Shown one piece after another: positions 8,313-17,093 of a stretch of DNA of 25,807 bases (positions within the stretch are counted from its first letter, which is position 1; every line of letters begins with the position of its first letter). The position numbers and the translations under genes were made by a program. The stretch is from positions 1-25,807 of the IMG/VR virus record IMGVR_UViG_3300008218_001408; one strand, 5' to 3'. The notes beneath the pieces are model-generated. The model ran no database searches. It saw only the letters and a list, made by a program, of their open reading frames with translations, and was not told the origin of the DNA. Source of the stretch: a virus (lineage: Duplodnaviria > Caudoviricetes).

Positions 8313-9465
8313 GCTGCCTCTCCACCTTCTCTAGCCGAGTAGCAAGCTGCTTCATGCCCGACCAGGTGTACCACTGCGCCGGAACCATGTTCATCCCAAT
8401 CCAGGGAGTGCCGTCATTGTTCTGGCTGACTTCCAGCACTCCCAAGTCGTGCATGTGCTGGAGAGCCTTGGAAGGTCGCCAGTCCACGGAGTCCGGGTCT
8501 ATAACGGCCAAGTCAGTGACGAGGCCATGGAGCGCCGCTACGTCATCGTGCCATTTAACCTTGGCGCAGCACTTAAACTTCGTCAGGGAACTCTTCCCAC
8601 ACCCTTCACACACGAAGTCATAGTCGGAACCCTGGGTGGTGTCCATTGTTACCACCGATGGAGAAGCGTCAGTCATCCGCATCGCGTCGTCGGTGCCCAA
8701 GGCCGCTCCTCGACTAATGGCGAAGATGCTAGAGCTAGTGTCTACTCCAATGGTCAACTCATGGCCAGAGGTTTCCAACATGGATATGAGGGCGTCAACG
8801 GTGGCCGACGAACCACCGCAAGCAACCCGGATTCGGGCACCAGCGCCAGAATCGTTAGAGGTGTTTGTCACATCCAAGCTGGTCACCGCTCCTGAGTTAG
8901 CCGCCGAGTGAGCCAGGGCACTGGCTGCTACGGTAAGGTGGCTGGTGCCACCCACCTGGAGCGCCAACGTCGTCCCACCCACCATATCCACGTAGCCCGT
9001 AGTGCCATCATGGGCACCTATCCGAATGTAGTCAGAGGCCGGAGTCGTATTCGAGTGGATATACACCTCCGGATGGGTAGCCGCCGAAACGTTCCAGTTG
9101 GTATTCACGGCACCTTGGTCGGTGATATGAAACTGCTGCGACGTGTTATCAAGACCCAGGACGAAAGAGTGGTTATCGGTGTCGCCTGTGCCCCAGCGGA
9201 AGCCAGCATCGTTGCCGGTGCCGAAGAGCATATCCAGGTCATCGTCGAGAGACCAATCGCCAGCCACGCCAGCCAAGCCGCCAGCGGTAACGGTAATGCC
9301 GCCCGCTGTCACAGTCAGCCCACCTGTATCAATGGTCAGACCGCCGGTGGCCACCGTGAGACCACCAGAGGCAATATGACCCACACGGGTGCCCTGGTAA
9401 TAGTAATCAAGCCGGGAGTTTGAGGGGTCGTAACGCCAGCCAGTGTGTGTAGGGGAAACAGCCAT
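8293..9465 (-). CDS. Second fibre-like protein (possible head fibre), 390 aa, paralogous to 511-2628
   Basis: GGLTV heptad repeats; shares an ~85-aa internal module and the C-terminal domain with the tail fibre; TAAGGAG RBS. Confidence 0.8.
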   Translation of the reverse strand: MAVSPTHTGWRYDPSNSRLDYYYQGTRVGHIASGGLTVATGGLTIDTGGLTVTAGGITVTAGGLAGVAGDWSLDDDLDMLFGTGNDAGFRWGTGDTDNHSFVLGLDNTSQQFHITDQGAVNTNWNVSAATHPEVYIHSNTTPASDYIRIGAHDGTTGYVDMVGGTTLALQVGGTSHLTVAASALAHSAANSGAVTSLDVTNTSNDSGAGARIRVACGGSSATVDALISMLETSGHELTIGVDTSSSIFAISRGAALGTDDAMRMTDASPSVVTMDTTQGSDYDFVCEGCGKSSLTKFKCCAKVKWHDDVAALHGLVTDLAVIDPDSVDWRPSKALQHMHDLGVLEVSQNNDGTPWIGMNMVPAQWYTWSGMKQLATRLEKVERQLEKALA

Positions 9466-9526
9466 TTATCTACTCCTTAGCCGAAGGTCGGCACCTGATA
9501 AGGATTGATTACAGTTGGTTACTATA

Positions 9527-9727
9527 TTAGAGCTTGTATGGCCAGTCAGCCCTTACCGAGTTGCTTTCTGGCAGCTTGGTGAAGCTGGGGTCTCGCGCCC
9601 AGTTCACGTTCGGGTGGGATGCATCCACACCTTGCCGCTGTGGCGCTAATTCCGCCCGGAGACGGTCGTAAAGGTCGGCTTCGGGTTCGCTCCATGCACG
9701 CTGGAGGGTTGCAGAAATGTGTGGCAT
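9527..9727 (-). CDS. Hypothetical protein, 66 aa
   Basis: GGAG RBS and TAATG coupling to the upstream 42-aa ORF. Confidence 0.65.
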   Translation of the reverse strand: MPHISATLQRAWSEPEADLYDRLRAELAPQRQGVDASHPNVNWARDPSFTKLPESNSVRADWPYKL

Positions 9728-9855
9728 TAGTTCTCCATGCGGGATAAAAGCTGAGCCGCCTTCTCTCCGCTAGTCCGGTCTGCTATCTGCTTAGCCTTGT
9801 CCCGCGACATCACCGTCTGGAGTGCCCGACGCAGGTTTTCTTTAATTGATGGCAT
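9727..9855 (-). CDS. Small basic helical protein, 42 aa (not in the ORF track)
   Basis: Manual translation: MPSIKENLRRALQTVMSRDKAKQIADRTSGEKAAQLLSRMEN. TAATG overlaps at both ends. Confidence 0.65.
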   Translation of the reverse strand: MPSIKENLRRALQTVMSRDKAKQIADRTSGEKAAQLLSRMEN

Positions 9856-10589
9856 TAAGCTACCCTGCTCTTACCAACCTCGATGTAGTCCACGTCCAGG
9901 GAGCCATTGTCAACGGAGGCACGTAGCTCGTTGCCGATGTGGAAGGAGAGCGCCGCGTCCCGGTCTATGGTCGAGGTGTTCCGGTACTCCCAGTGGTTAC
10001 CGTTCTCATCCTGCACCGAGAACTCAGCCACCACCTGGTTGCCAGAACCGGCATCGTGAAGGTCACACCGGAGGGTGTACCAGGTGGTGTCCGCCAGAGC
10101 GATGTCCGACTGAAGAGTCGCTATCGCCACGGAGGTGTCGTTGTTGTCATCCACCCAGAAGACGTACCAGTTATCCGTGGTGGCGTCGGCATCGAAGACG
10201 AAGCCAATCCACTCACCGGCAGTGGAAGTCCAGGTGGTGCCGGATAGCTCCACCGGCAGGGAGTTGCCCGACTCAGTGGTTTCATCGTGGAAGCCCACGT
10301 TGACCGCCATGACAGACACATCATGCGGGGCAACTCTGGCCTCAAAGTAGAGGTGACCATCGCTGACCCGGTAGCTGGTGTGGCCCGTGTCCACCTCAAT
10401 CATGTCGTTGTCAGTGTTGTTGGAGTTATCCAACCGGAGGATGGAGGAGCCTACCGCCTTGTTCCCGGTAAGACCCACGTTGACCGTGACAGTGCCGGTG
10501 TCACTGGTGCTGGCCAGTTCGTCCGGTATCAGGTCGCCGTGGAAGTCCTCAAAGTAGATGTCGTATCCCTTTTGCGTATCCCTTGGCAT
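9855..10589 (-). CDS. Putative capsid decoration / minor head protein with ConA-like beta-sandwich character, 244 aa
   Basis: Directly downstream of the capsid gene; acidic and all-beta (FEDF, LYFEARV, TWYTLR, LDVDYIEV); AAAGGAG RBS. Confidence 0.6.
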   Translation of the reverse strand: MPRDTQKGYDIYFEDFHGDLIPDELASTSDTGTVTVNVGLTGNKAVGSSILRLDNSNNTDNDMIEVDTGHTSYRVSDGHLYFEARVAPHDVSVMAVNVGFHDETTESGNSLPVELSGTTWTSTAGEWIGFVFDADATTDNWYVFWVDDNNDTSVAIATLQSDIALADTTWYTLRCDLHDAGSGNQVVAEFSVQDENGNHWEYRNTSTIDRDAALSFHIGNELRASVDNGSLDVDYIEVGKSRVA

Positions 10590-10730
10590 TATCTATCTCC
10601 TTTCGTTATCACCACTGTTCCTACGAAGGGGAATCAGTTGAGTTTAGACTCAAATGGTTGTTGCTATTCTCCCGACGCGTCGCTATAATGGCGCTATTCG
10701 TCGTGGTGAGAAGTATCCTTAACGTTTTCC

Positions 10731-11606
10731 CTAACTCGTTGGGGCAGTTGCATCTGAGTACAACTCTAGAAGCCAGTTGCCCGAACTGCGCTCACCGTAG
10801 GCGTACTCGTCGTACATGAACACGCTGTCCCCACCACCGCCGATGTGCGGCTCCCGGCGGGTCTCCGTCCAGGGGGAGCGGCCCTGCACCAGCACAATGG
10901 CCTCCCGTGCGAAGGTGCCGCCCTTAGCGTCGTCTGAGGAGTCAATGGTGATGTTCCCGTCCTCATAAAGCTGAGAGGAACCCACCATGCCCTCGAAATG
11001 CTCCCGGAACACCCTGGCAGTCAGCCCCTCCGTGAGCACATCCGTGCCCACACCGGCCCGAATCTCGTCCTCAATGTCCTTTATCTGGAATCCGTGGAGG
11101 ACGGTGCGGTAAGGCTTATTGCCCGGCTCAGTGGCGTTGGAGGAGATACGCCGGGTGGCAGCCTGGATGTGACCGGAGGTGAGGGTAGTGCCAGCGCCCG
11201 CCAAAGAGGTAGTAGCCCCGTCCAAGACGGTGACGCCGTTCTCGTCCTTCAGCCGCTGGATGGCGTTCTGCGCCAGCCCGCCCATCTGAGACACAACAGG
11301 CTTGGCTATCCGAAGGCGTACCCGGTCAGATACGAAGGTCTGGATACCCACAACCGTGGGGGTGATGGAGAAGAGAGTGTCCACGATTAGCTGCGGGTTA
11401 TCCAGCGTCTGCGTCTCAGCGATGTTCTGAGCCGTAAGCTGGGCCAGGTCAATCTCGTTCCAGGTAAGGCCCATATTCCGCCCCAGCGTTTTCTTATCCA
11501 CAAGCTGGGACATAACTCCCTCGAACTCCCGCACCTGGCGGGCCGACATTATCATGGTCGGAAGGGAATCGTTTAGGGACGAAGTGTGTACTCTGCCTGC
11601 TGGCAT
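10731..11606 (-). CDS. Major capsid protein (HK97 fold inferred), 291 aa
   Basis: Follows the scaffold, with a strong AGGAGG RBS. Capsid-like motif order: ETQTL...ITP...VSDR...AIQRLKDE...VLHGFQIKDI...G...YEDGNI...EYAYGE. Confidence 0.85.
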   Translation of the reverse strand: MPAGRVHTSSLNDSLPTMIMSARQVREFEGVMSQLVDKKTLGRNMGLTWNEIDLAQLTAQNIAETQTLDNPQLIVDTLFSITPTVVGIQTFVSDRVRLRIAKPVVSQMGGLAQNAIQRLKDENGVTVLDGATTSLAGAGTTLTSGHIQAATRRISSNATEPGNKPYRTVLHGFQIKDIEDEIRAGVGTDVLTEGLTARVFREHFEGMVGSSQLYEDGNITIDSSDDAKGGTFAREAIVLVQGRSPWTETRREPHIGGGGDSVFMYDEYAYGERSSGNWLLELYSDATAPTS

Positions 11607-11619
11607 CTATCTGCCTCCT

Positions 11620-12411
11620 CTATCGAAGAGTTTCTTTGAACTTCTTTGCCCGCACATGGTCGGCGGGAGAAGCGACGTAATCGGGGTCACCGTATACCGT
11701 ATTCACCCACTCCTCATCGTCACTGAGCGCGGCGGCTGAGGGTTGGCTATTATCAAATGTCTGTCCTGCGGGCACCTGCGCCCGTTTGAGTCCTGCTATC
11801 TCCTTCTTTAATGAGGATATTTCCGTGGCTGAACGCGCCGCTGCCTCCATAGCCTGGGGCGAGTCGTACTGGAAAAGCATCTTCGGGTCAGCGCCAGGAT
11901 GTCGGGCTGCATAATAGAGGGCCGCGTTCATCTTGCCCTGGAGATGTTCCGATTGGGACTGTGCCTGCCTTTGTAGCTCCACCTCCCTGAGACGATAGCT
12001 CTGGCGCTCACGGGACATATAATCAGCTTGGTCTTGCGGGATGCCCTGGTTTTCAAGCTGCTGCCGATACGCCATGGCCTCCTGGGCCATCTGTAGCTGC
12101 TGCTGTTGGTGCTCTAGGTAGGCTCGCTGTTGGCGCTCACGGGCTAGCTCTTGGGCTAGATACTGCTCTTGCGAAGGAAGGGCAGGAGCAGGTGGGGCAG
12201 CCGGGACAGAATCCGCCGCAGGGGGTGCTTGCGTTCCCTCCACAGCCGCCTCACCACCTTCTCCCGTGGCGGACGGTGTGCCCGGAGCCTCTGCACTAGG
12301 AGCGCCGTCAACTCCAGTAGAGCTAAGGTCTTCCGCGTCCGCCATCTCATCCAGCCCAAAGATGGCTGGAGTATCTTCTACGGGTTCCGTACTTAATGGC
12401 TGGATTGTCAT
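11620..12411 (-). CDS. Capsid scaffolding protein, 263 aa
   Basis: Acidic Pro/Ala-rich disordered N-terminus, Gln-rich coiled coil and short basic C-terminal helix; immediately upstream of the capsid gene. Confidence 0.75.
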   Translation of the reverse strand: MTIQPLSTEPVEDTPAIFGLDEMADAEDLSSTGVDGAPSAEAPGTPSATGEGGEAAVEGTQAPPAADSVPAAPPAPALPSQEQYLAQELARERQQRAYLEHQQQQLQMAQEAMAYRQQLENQGIPQDQADYMSRERQSYRLREVELQRQAQSQSEHLQGKMNAALYYAARHPGADPKMLFQYDSPQAMEAAARSATEISSLKKEIAGLKRAQVPAGQTFDNSQPSAAALSDDEEWVNTVYGDPDYVASPADHVRAKKFKETLR

Positions 12412-12423
12412 ATCGCCTCAGAT

Positions 12424-12459
12424 AGAAAAGGCCCAAAGGCTTACGCGCCTTTGGGCCTT
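12424..12459 (-). terminator. Intrinsic-terminator-like hairpin
   Basis: Perfect 13-bp stem (12428-12440 / 12447-12459) with a 6-nt loop, ending in UUUUCU on the minus strand. Confidence 0.7.
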
Positions 12460-12496
12460 GCGACCATGTGCGGTGCTGTATGGGCTTACAGCTTAG

Positions 12497-12526
12497 AAGC
12501 TAGCATAGCTCCTTTCTCAGTGTCAA
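12497..12526 (-). promoter_or_regulatory. Sigma70-type promoter upstream of scaffold/capsid
   Basis: TTGACA-18 nt-TAGCTT with a TGn extended -10. Confidence 0.55.
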
Positions 12527-12645
12527 CCATACATCCGCCTTGTTCCTTAAGAACCACCTTCATGGCCTGGTTCTTACGGATGCCACGCCGATGAAGTTCC
12601 TCCCGGCACGCCTTATAGATAGTCTGGTTGGTAGCCGGTTGATGG

Positions 12646-15600
12646 CTACTGGCGGACTCGCACATACTGTCTCTCTTGCCTCCATCGGCGGCGTGCATCC
12701 TCTGAGTCCTCAAACCGGCGGCGCTCCCATCCAGGGAGCCGCCGGAATAGCTCTTGAGGAGGACGCCTAGTATTGGTCTCAGCCTGGATATACCACCACT
12801 CCTCGGAATCCGTGCCGTACTTAAATTCCAGGTCACGCAAGGCCCTACGCCACTGTTGGCTGCGGTTGCGGCCCGGCGTACCAAAGATAGCCTCCTGGAC
12901 GGCGTAGTAGTCCTCTAGCGCCTTCTCGTTGGCGTTACGCGCTGCCGGGAACTCCGCATCCCGACCAAAGTGAACAAGCCGCGTCTGGTCACGCCGAATC
13001 CCAAACTCTTTCTTAGCGGAGAAGTATTGCTCCACCATATCGGATTTGGGGAGGCGAGGGCGGGCATCCAGGATACCCTGCCACGCCTTTATCTCCTCAG
13101 CGTCCAACTGCACTATCTCCTCAGTGTACGGAGAGAGCTTATGCTCCGGCCTGTCCGCGTTGTATTCCTCCCACACCTCATCCTTCTCAAAGCGAGCCAG
13201 TCCACTATCCACCGATAGGCCAGCAGGTGCTCCATACGCCACCCCCCTGGAGTCGCGACTGAAAGCATCTACCGTCTTATAGCTCCCGACGGTGGCACCG
13301 AACATTCCAGGCGATGCCACCAAGCCCCCAAGGAGACCCTCCTCTCGTATGGCGTCAATCAGGTCTTGGATGAACAGAGGTGTGAGATGATTCCACGTCT
13401 CCCGCTGAATGGCGGACATCTGTGGGGTAATCGCTTCGCCAATGAAGCTGGTTCCAGTTGCCACATCCACAACCATACCAACGGGCGGGCCTAGCTTAGA
13501 GCGGATAAGCCTCATAAAGACATCAAATCGGTCGGCATCGCGTACCTGTTTCGTGCCAACGCCCTTAGTCTGACCCGCAATTATCTGTGCGGCGTAGCGG
13601 GCAACAGGCTGATAGCCCGCCCAGAAATCAATCCGCACGGCCCCAATCCTAATTTTGCCAAAGTCCGCAGAGCGAGGGTCAAGCTCCACGTCCGCCTTCC
13701 CAGATAGCTTAGCCAGAGATAGCACGCCAATCCCAGTGCCCACGAACACCGCCAGGTCTTTCATCACCATCCGCCGCACACCGGGGTACTGCCAAATCAT
13801 CGGCGCGGTAAACCGAGAGGTGAAAAGACGCGACGCGAAGAATATGCCGTTCAATACAGGCGCTATTTCTTCCAACGGCCCCAGCGGGCCACGGCCCGTC
13901 GCTCGATTAACCCACTTAGCCCACGAGTGTGCGTTGCGGGCCAGCGTGTCTTTATCCAGCCCCTGTCGCACCCACCCTTGGTAAGCGTCGTTCCACACGT
14001 CAAACCGGAGCTTATTAAGAAAGGTTGTATACGCCCGCGCCCAGGGGCGGATGAGAGGCAGCTTCCGGGCCCAACGGGACATAAACACTTCTTCTTGCTG
14101 CGCCAGGCCCGCCCCCACACCACGGCTCATGTCCGCGATAAACAGGCCGGCCTGCTGCGCTGCGCCCCAGTTCGGATGCGCCCGTATTCCTCGGTCCGTT
14201 GCCTGCGCATTCGCCTCCCTCATCAACGCCTTGAACATCGGCACATGATTCTGGAGGAACCGCTGAGGATGGCCAATCAGCAGGCCTCCCTGCCGTAGCG
14301 GAGCAGACAAGTCATGAGATGTAACGAGCGAACGGGGGAAGTTCCAAATATTCATCGCCAGTTCCCACGACTTCGCACCAAGAGAGCGTTGTCCCAGCAC
14401 CGCCTTGGCAAACTGTGTGCCAAAGATACGCTCCAGAATGACTATCTGGCTCCGCTGGGGAACGCTCCCAAGCAAGATGTTCTTCAACCCATCATCCGCC
14501 TGGAGGATGTTGAGCAAGGTCTCATCAGAATAACGCACCATGTCCTTGAGTTGATTCACCTCAAGGCCCGTCAAACCCTCTTGCGGCGGCAGGAACGACG
14601 GTTCACGTAGTGGCCCCGCCATAGCACCACGGGCACGGCCAAGCGCCCTTGTGGCATCTGCGCCTCTCGTTAGACGCTCACCCGCTGCTGCCACACGCTG
14701 TCGCAGGCGTGCCCGCTCAGTGCCCCGGCGCTTAACATCCAGCGGCTTGGCCTTCTTAATAAGGGCGGTGAGCTTATTCACCACATCCGGCTGAGCAGGG
14801 TCTGGCACCGCTCCTGCAACCCCAGTAGGCGGCTGCGCACCGCCACCAGTACCACCACCACGCAACTTACCCAGCACGTCTCTCACATACCCCAGCTTCT
14901 TCCGGCCTGCATTACCCAGGCCAGGCGCTGTCAGCTTCAGCCCAGCCTCACGAGCCTCAAGATGCGCTATCTGGCGCTGAGGCGTACGCTCTCCCAAAGC
15001 AATCCGGCGCACCTCTTCAACAGCATCTTCGCCCCGGCGTGTAGCCGTGCGGAGCGGCCTCGCAAACGCCCGCTCCACGGTCTGTTCCGCAGGTGTTAGC
15101 GGCTGAGGGCGAGCACGTTCGGGCTGGAAGAGACGGCCCAAAGGAGTTGGGGCAGGCGCCACCGTTGTAACCCCAGGTCTTAATTGACTTGGTGTATGAA
15201 CTAATGGCTGACGCGGGGTTTGACCAGCCAACTGAAACTTACCAGTTCGGATAAGCGCCTCACGTACCGCATACGCGTCAGTATAGATATTGTCGGCTAT
15301 GCCCACGCGAGTAAATTGTGCAGGCTGCTCCAGTGTTCGCTTGAAAAGTACATCCCTAACATGGTCTCGCGCACCCTCCGGTGTAACACTGCCCTCGCTA
15401 CGCGAGTAGGTAGAACCCGTGATGCGCCTTTGAGCAGGGTATCCTACTTCTGGCAAGCCCTTATAAATACCCTTATCTTTGTATTGAGGCCAATACCTCG
15501 TACTTTTTATCGGCTTTCCACGCTTGCCTAGATGAGTTGGCACAATCTCTATAATGTCATTCATTGCTGCGTCAATAGCTTCGTCTAGCTGTTTTGCAGG

Positions 15601-16734
15601 CATAGCATTGATAGCATCAAGCAACCGCTGCGCTCGTGTCACAGGTTCAATAGGCATAGGTTCAGCGGTTCTACGCGCCACACCACCTACTCGCCCCGGT
15701 TGGGCCACCCGCGACCTCTGGAGGATACCTCTAAACGCTTGCTCTACGACCTCTTCCGCAGATGTTCGCTCGCGCACTACATGAAATGGAGCCACACGTC
15801 CTATATCTTGCGGAACTATACGTGGAGGTTCTACCGGCCCAGGGACGAACTCCTGTAGTGGGCGCTGGCCACCGGGAGGAATGCGCTGGAGCGCCTCCTC
15901 CGCTGGTGTCAGAATACGTGGCGGCTCACGGAGTAGCTCCTGGCGGGCAGCACGCACTTGCCCTTGCGTGCGAATCGGCACTGGTGCCTGCCGCGTCGTA
16001 CTCACGGGTGGACTTGGCCGGAGGGCACCACCAGCTAATCGCGCACCGGCTTTGAAAGGCAGCCCCAGGAGGAACTCCGCGCCAGCAGGAATCGCAGCAC
16101 CCACCTGCCCCACGCGGGCAGCACCCGCCAGACCTTGAAAGCCAAGCTGTCGTAGTCCACTACCTCCGGCGGCAGCAGCGCTCGCTGCGGCGGCACCCCG
16201 TCCCAAGCCACGGAAAACACCCCCGGCTGTCGGCCCACCGATAAGCAAGTCAACACCAAATCCGTGTCCGAAAAGTTCACCTAGCTTCCCCTCGGCAGGA
16301 ATGTCTTGAGTTGTCAAATGACGCGGCGCACCGACCATGCGCCGCTGTGCCCACCGGCTCTGTAGGAACTGCTGCCGCTCCTGACTAGATAGGTCGCGGT
16401 AAGCGGGCACCCGCGTCATAAAGGCATCTAAGACTTCAGGAGCAAACTGGCCATGCCCAGCACGAGCTACCTCAGCTAGCTCCGGGCGAATACGGCCAGT
16501 CGTCTCATCATAAAGCACCCGGTTTAACAAACTAACCTCACGTAAGAGATGTTCTTGACGTGAGAGGGCAGGCGGCAGCTTTGCTGTTGGCTGTGCTGTT
16601 GGCTGACCTGCACCTTGAGTCGGAGCAGGTTGCTCCCAAGTCGCTACAGGGGACTCACCACCGCCGGGCTGCTTGAGGCGTTCTAACTTCTCAATAAGCC
16701 GTCTGCGCCGTTCCTCATCGAGAGGTTCAGGCAT
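12646..16734 (-). CDS. Large putative internal virion / ejection (polyvalent-like) protein, 1362 aa
   Basis: R/A/G/P-rich N-half and a helical C-half with hydrophobic stretches. The DPRSADFGKIRIG...DFWAGYQ motif is one I recall from large phage polyvalent proteins. TAATG coupling upstream. Confidence 0.7.
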   Translation of the reverse strand: MPEPLDEERRRRLIEKLERLKQPGGGESPVATWEQPAPTQGAGQPTAQPTAKLPPALSRQEHLLREVSLLNRVLYDETTGRIRPELAEVARAGHGQFAPEVLDAFMTRVPAYRDLSSQERQQFLQSRWAQRRMVGAPRHLTTQDIPAEGKLGELFGHGFGVDLLIGGPTAGGVFRGLGRGAAAASAAAAGGSGLRQLGFQGLAGAARVGQVGAAIPAGAEFLLGLPFKAGARLAGGALRPSPPVSTTRQAPVPIRTQGQVRAARQELLREPPRILTPAEEALQRIPPGGQRPLQEFVPGPVEPPRIVPQDIGRVAPFHVVRERTSAEEVVEQAFRGILQRSRVAQPGRVGGVARRTAEPMPIEPVTRAQRLLDAINAMPAKQLDEAIDAAMNDIIEIVPTHLGKRGKPIKSTRYWPQYKDKGIYKGLPEVGYPAQRRITGSTYSRSEGSVTPEGARDHVRDVLFKRTLEQPAQFTRVGIADNIYTDAYAVREALIRTGKFQLAGQTPRQPLVHTPSQLRPGVTTVAPAPTPLGRLFQPERARPQPLTPAEQTVERAFARPLRTATRRGEDAVEEVRRIALGERTPQRQIAHLEAREAGLKLTAPGLGNAGRKKLGYVRDVLGKLRGGGTGGGAQPPTGVAGAVPDPAQPDVVNKLTALIKKAKPLDVKRRGTERARLRQRVAAAGERLTRGADATRALGRARGAMAGPLREPSFLPPQEGLTGLEVNQLKDMVRYSDETLLNILQADDGLKNILLGSVPQRSQIVILERIFGTQFAKAVLGQRSLGAKSWELAMNIWNFPRSLVTSHDLSAPLRQGGLLIGHPQRFLQNHVPMFKALMREANAQATDRGIRAHPNWGAAQQAGLFIADMSRGVGAGLAQQEEVFMSRWARKLPLIRPWARAYTTFLNKLRFDVWNDAYQGWVRQGLDKDTLARNAHSWAKWVNRATGRGPLGPLEEIAPVLNGIFFASRLFTSRFTAPMIWQYPGVRRMVMKDLAVFVGTGIGVLSLAKLSGKADVELDPRSADFGKIRIGAVRIDFWAGYQPVARYAAQIIAGQTKGVGTKQVRDADRFDVFMRLIRSKLGPPVGMVVDVATGTSFIGEAITPQMSAIQRETWNHLTPLFIQDLIDAIREEGLLGGLVASPGMFGATVGSYKTVDAFSRDSRGVAYGAPAGLSVDSGLARFEKDEVWEEYNADRPEHKLSPYTEEIVQLDAEEIKAWQGILDARPRLPKSDMVEQYFSAKKEFGIRRDQTRLVHFGRDAEFPAARNANEKALEDYYAVQEAIFGTPGRNRSQQWRRALRDLEFKYGTDSEEWWYIQAETNTRRPPQELFRRLPGWERRRFEDSEDARRRWRQERQYVRVRQ

Positions 16735-17093
16735 TAGAAGAAGAACTGTGCTTGAGGATTAAAGCGGGCCTGCTGACGGCCCGCGAAAGACGGGGGCTGT
16801 GCGCCAAAGAAGGCGTCAAAGCCCGCAAACTGGTCGGGGAAACCTCCCTCCAGGAAGGATGATTGCTCTGGGCGGAAGGGGTCTTGCGTGGCGAAGCGGG
16901 CGGTGGGAGCCTCCCCACCAAGTATCTGCTGCCCCAAGACACCCAGGAAACGGTTATGGATGGGCGCGAACTGGGACTCAAAGAACCGACGCTGGTTAGG
17001 CGACCCGCCAAACTGGTTCTGGAACGACTGGAAGCCAACCCGTGGGCTGGTCTCCAGGAAGTCCTCGAAGCCCTGCTGGAAGAAGTTAGCCAT
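16734..17093 (-). CDS. Small Phe/Gln/Gly-rich putative ejection protein, 119 aa
   Basis: Abuts both neighbours (TAA ATG upstream, TAATG downstream). Contains 24 Phe and no K/Y/W/C. Confidence 0.7.
   Translation of the reverse strand: MANFFQQGFEDFLETSPRVGFQSFQNQFGGSPNQRRFFESQFAPIHNRFLGVLGQQILGGEAPTARFATQDPFRPEQSSFLEGGFPDQFAGFDAFFGAQPPSFAGRQQARFNPQAQFFF

Noticed and set aside
511-8640. Diversity-generating retroelement or invertible tail-fibre cassette
   Set aside because: The fibre similarity is between two same-strand coding genes with general, largely synonymous divergence rather than adenine-specific changes. No reverse transcriptase or invertase is in the window.
10590-10733. Capsid C-terminal extension by readthrough into the 244-aa gene
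   Set aside because: Additional in-frame TAG and TGA stops follow, no slippery site is evident, and the downstream gene has its own strong RBS.
12646-16734. Tape measure protein
   Set aside because: There are no tail tube or tail assembly chaperone genes, the position is before the scaffold, and an adaptor plus nozzle indicate a short tail.
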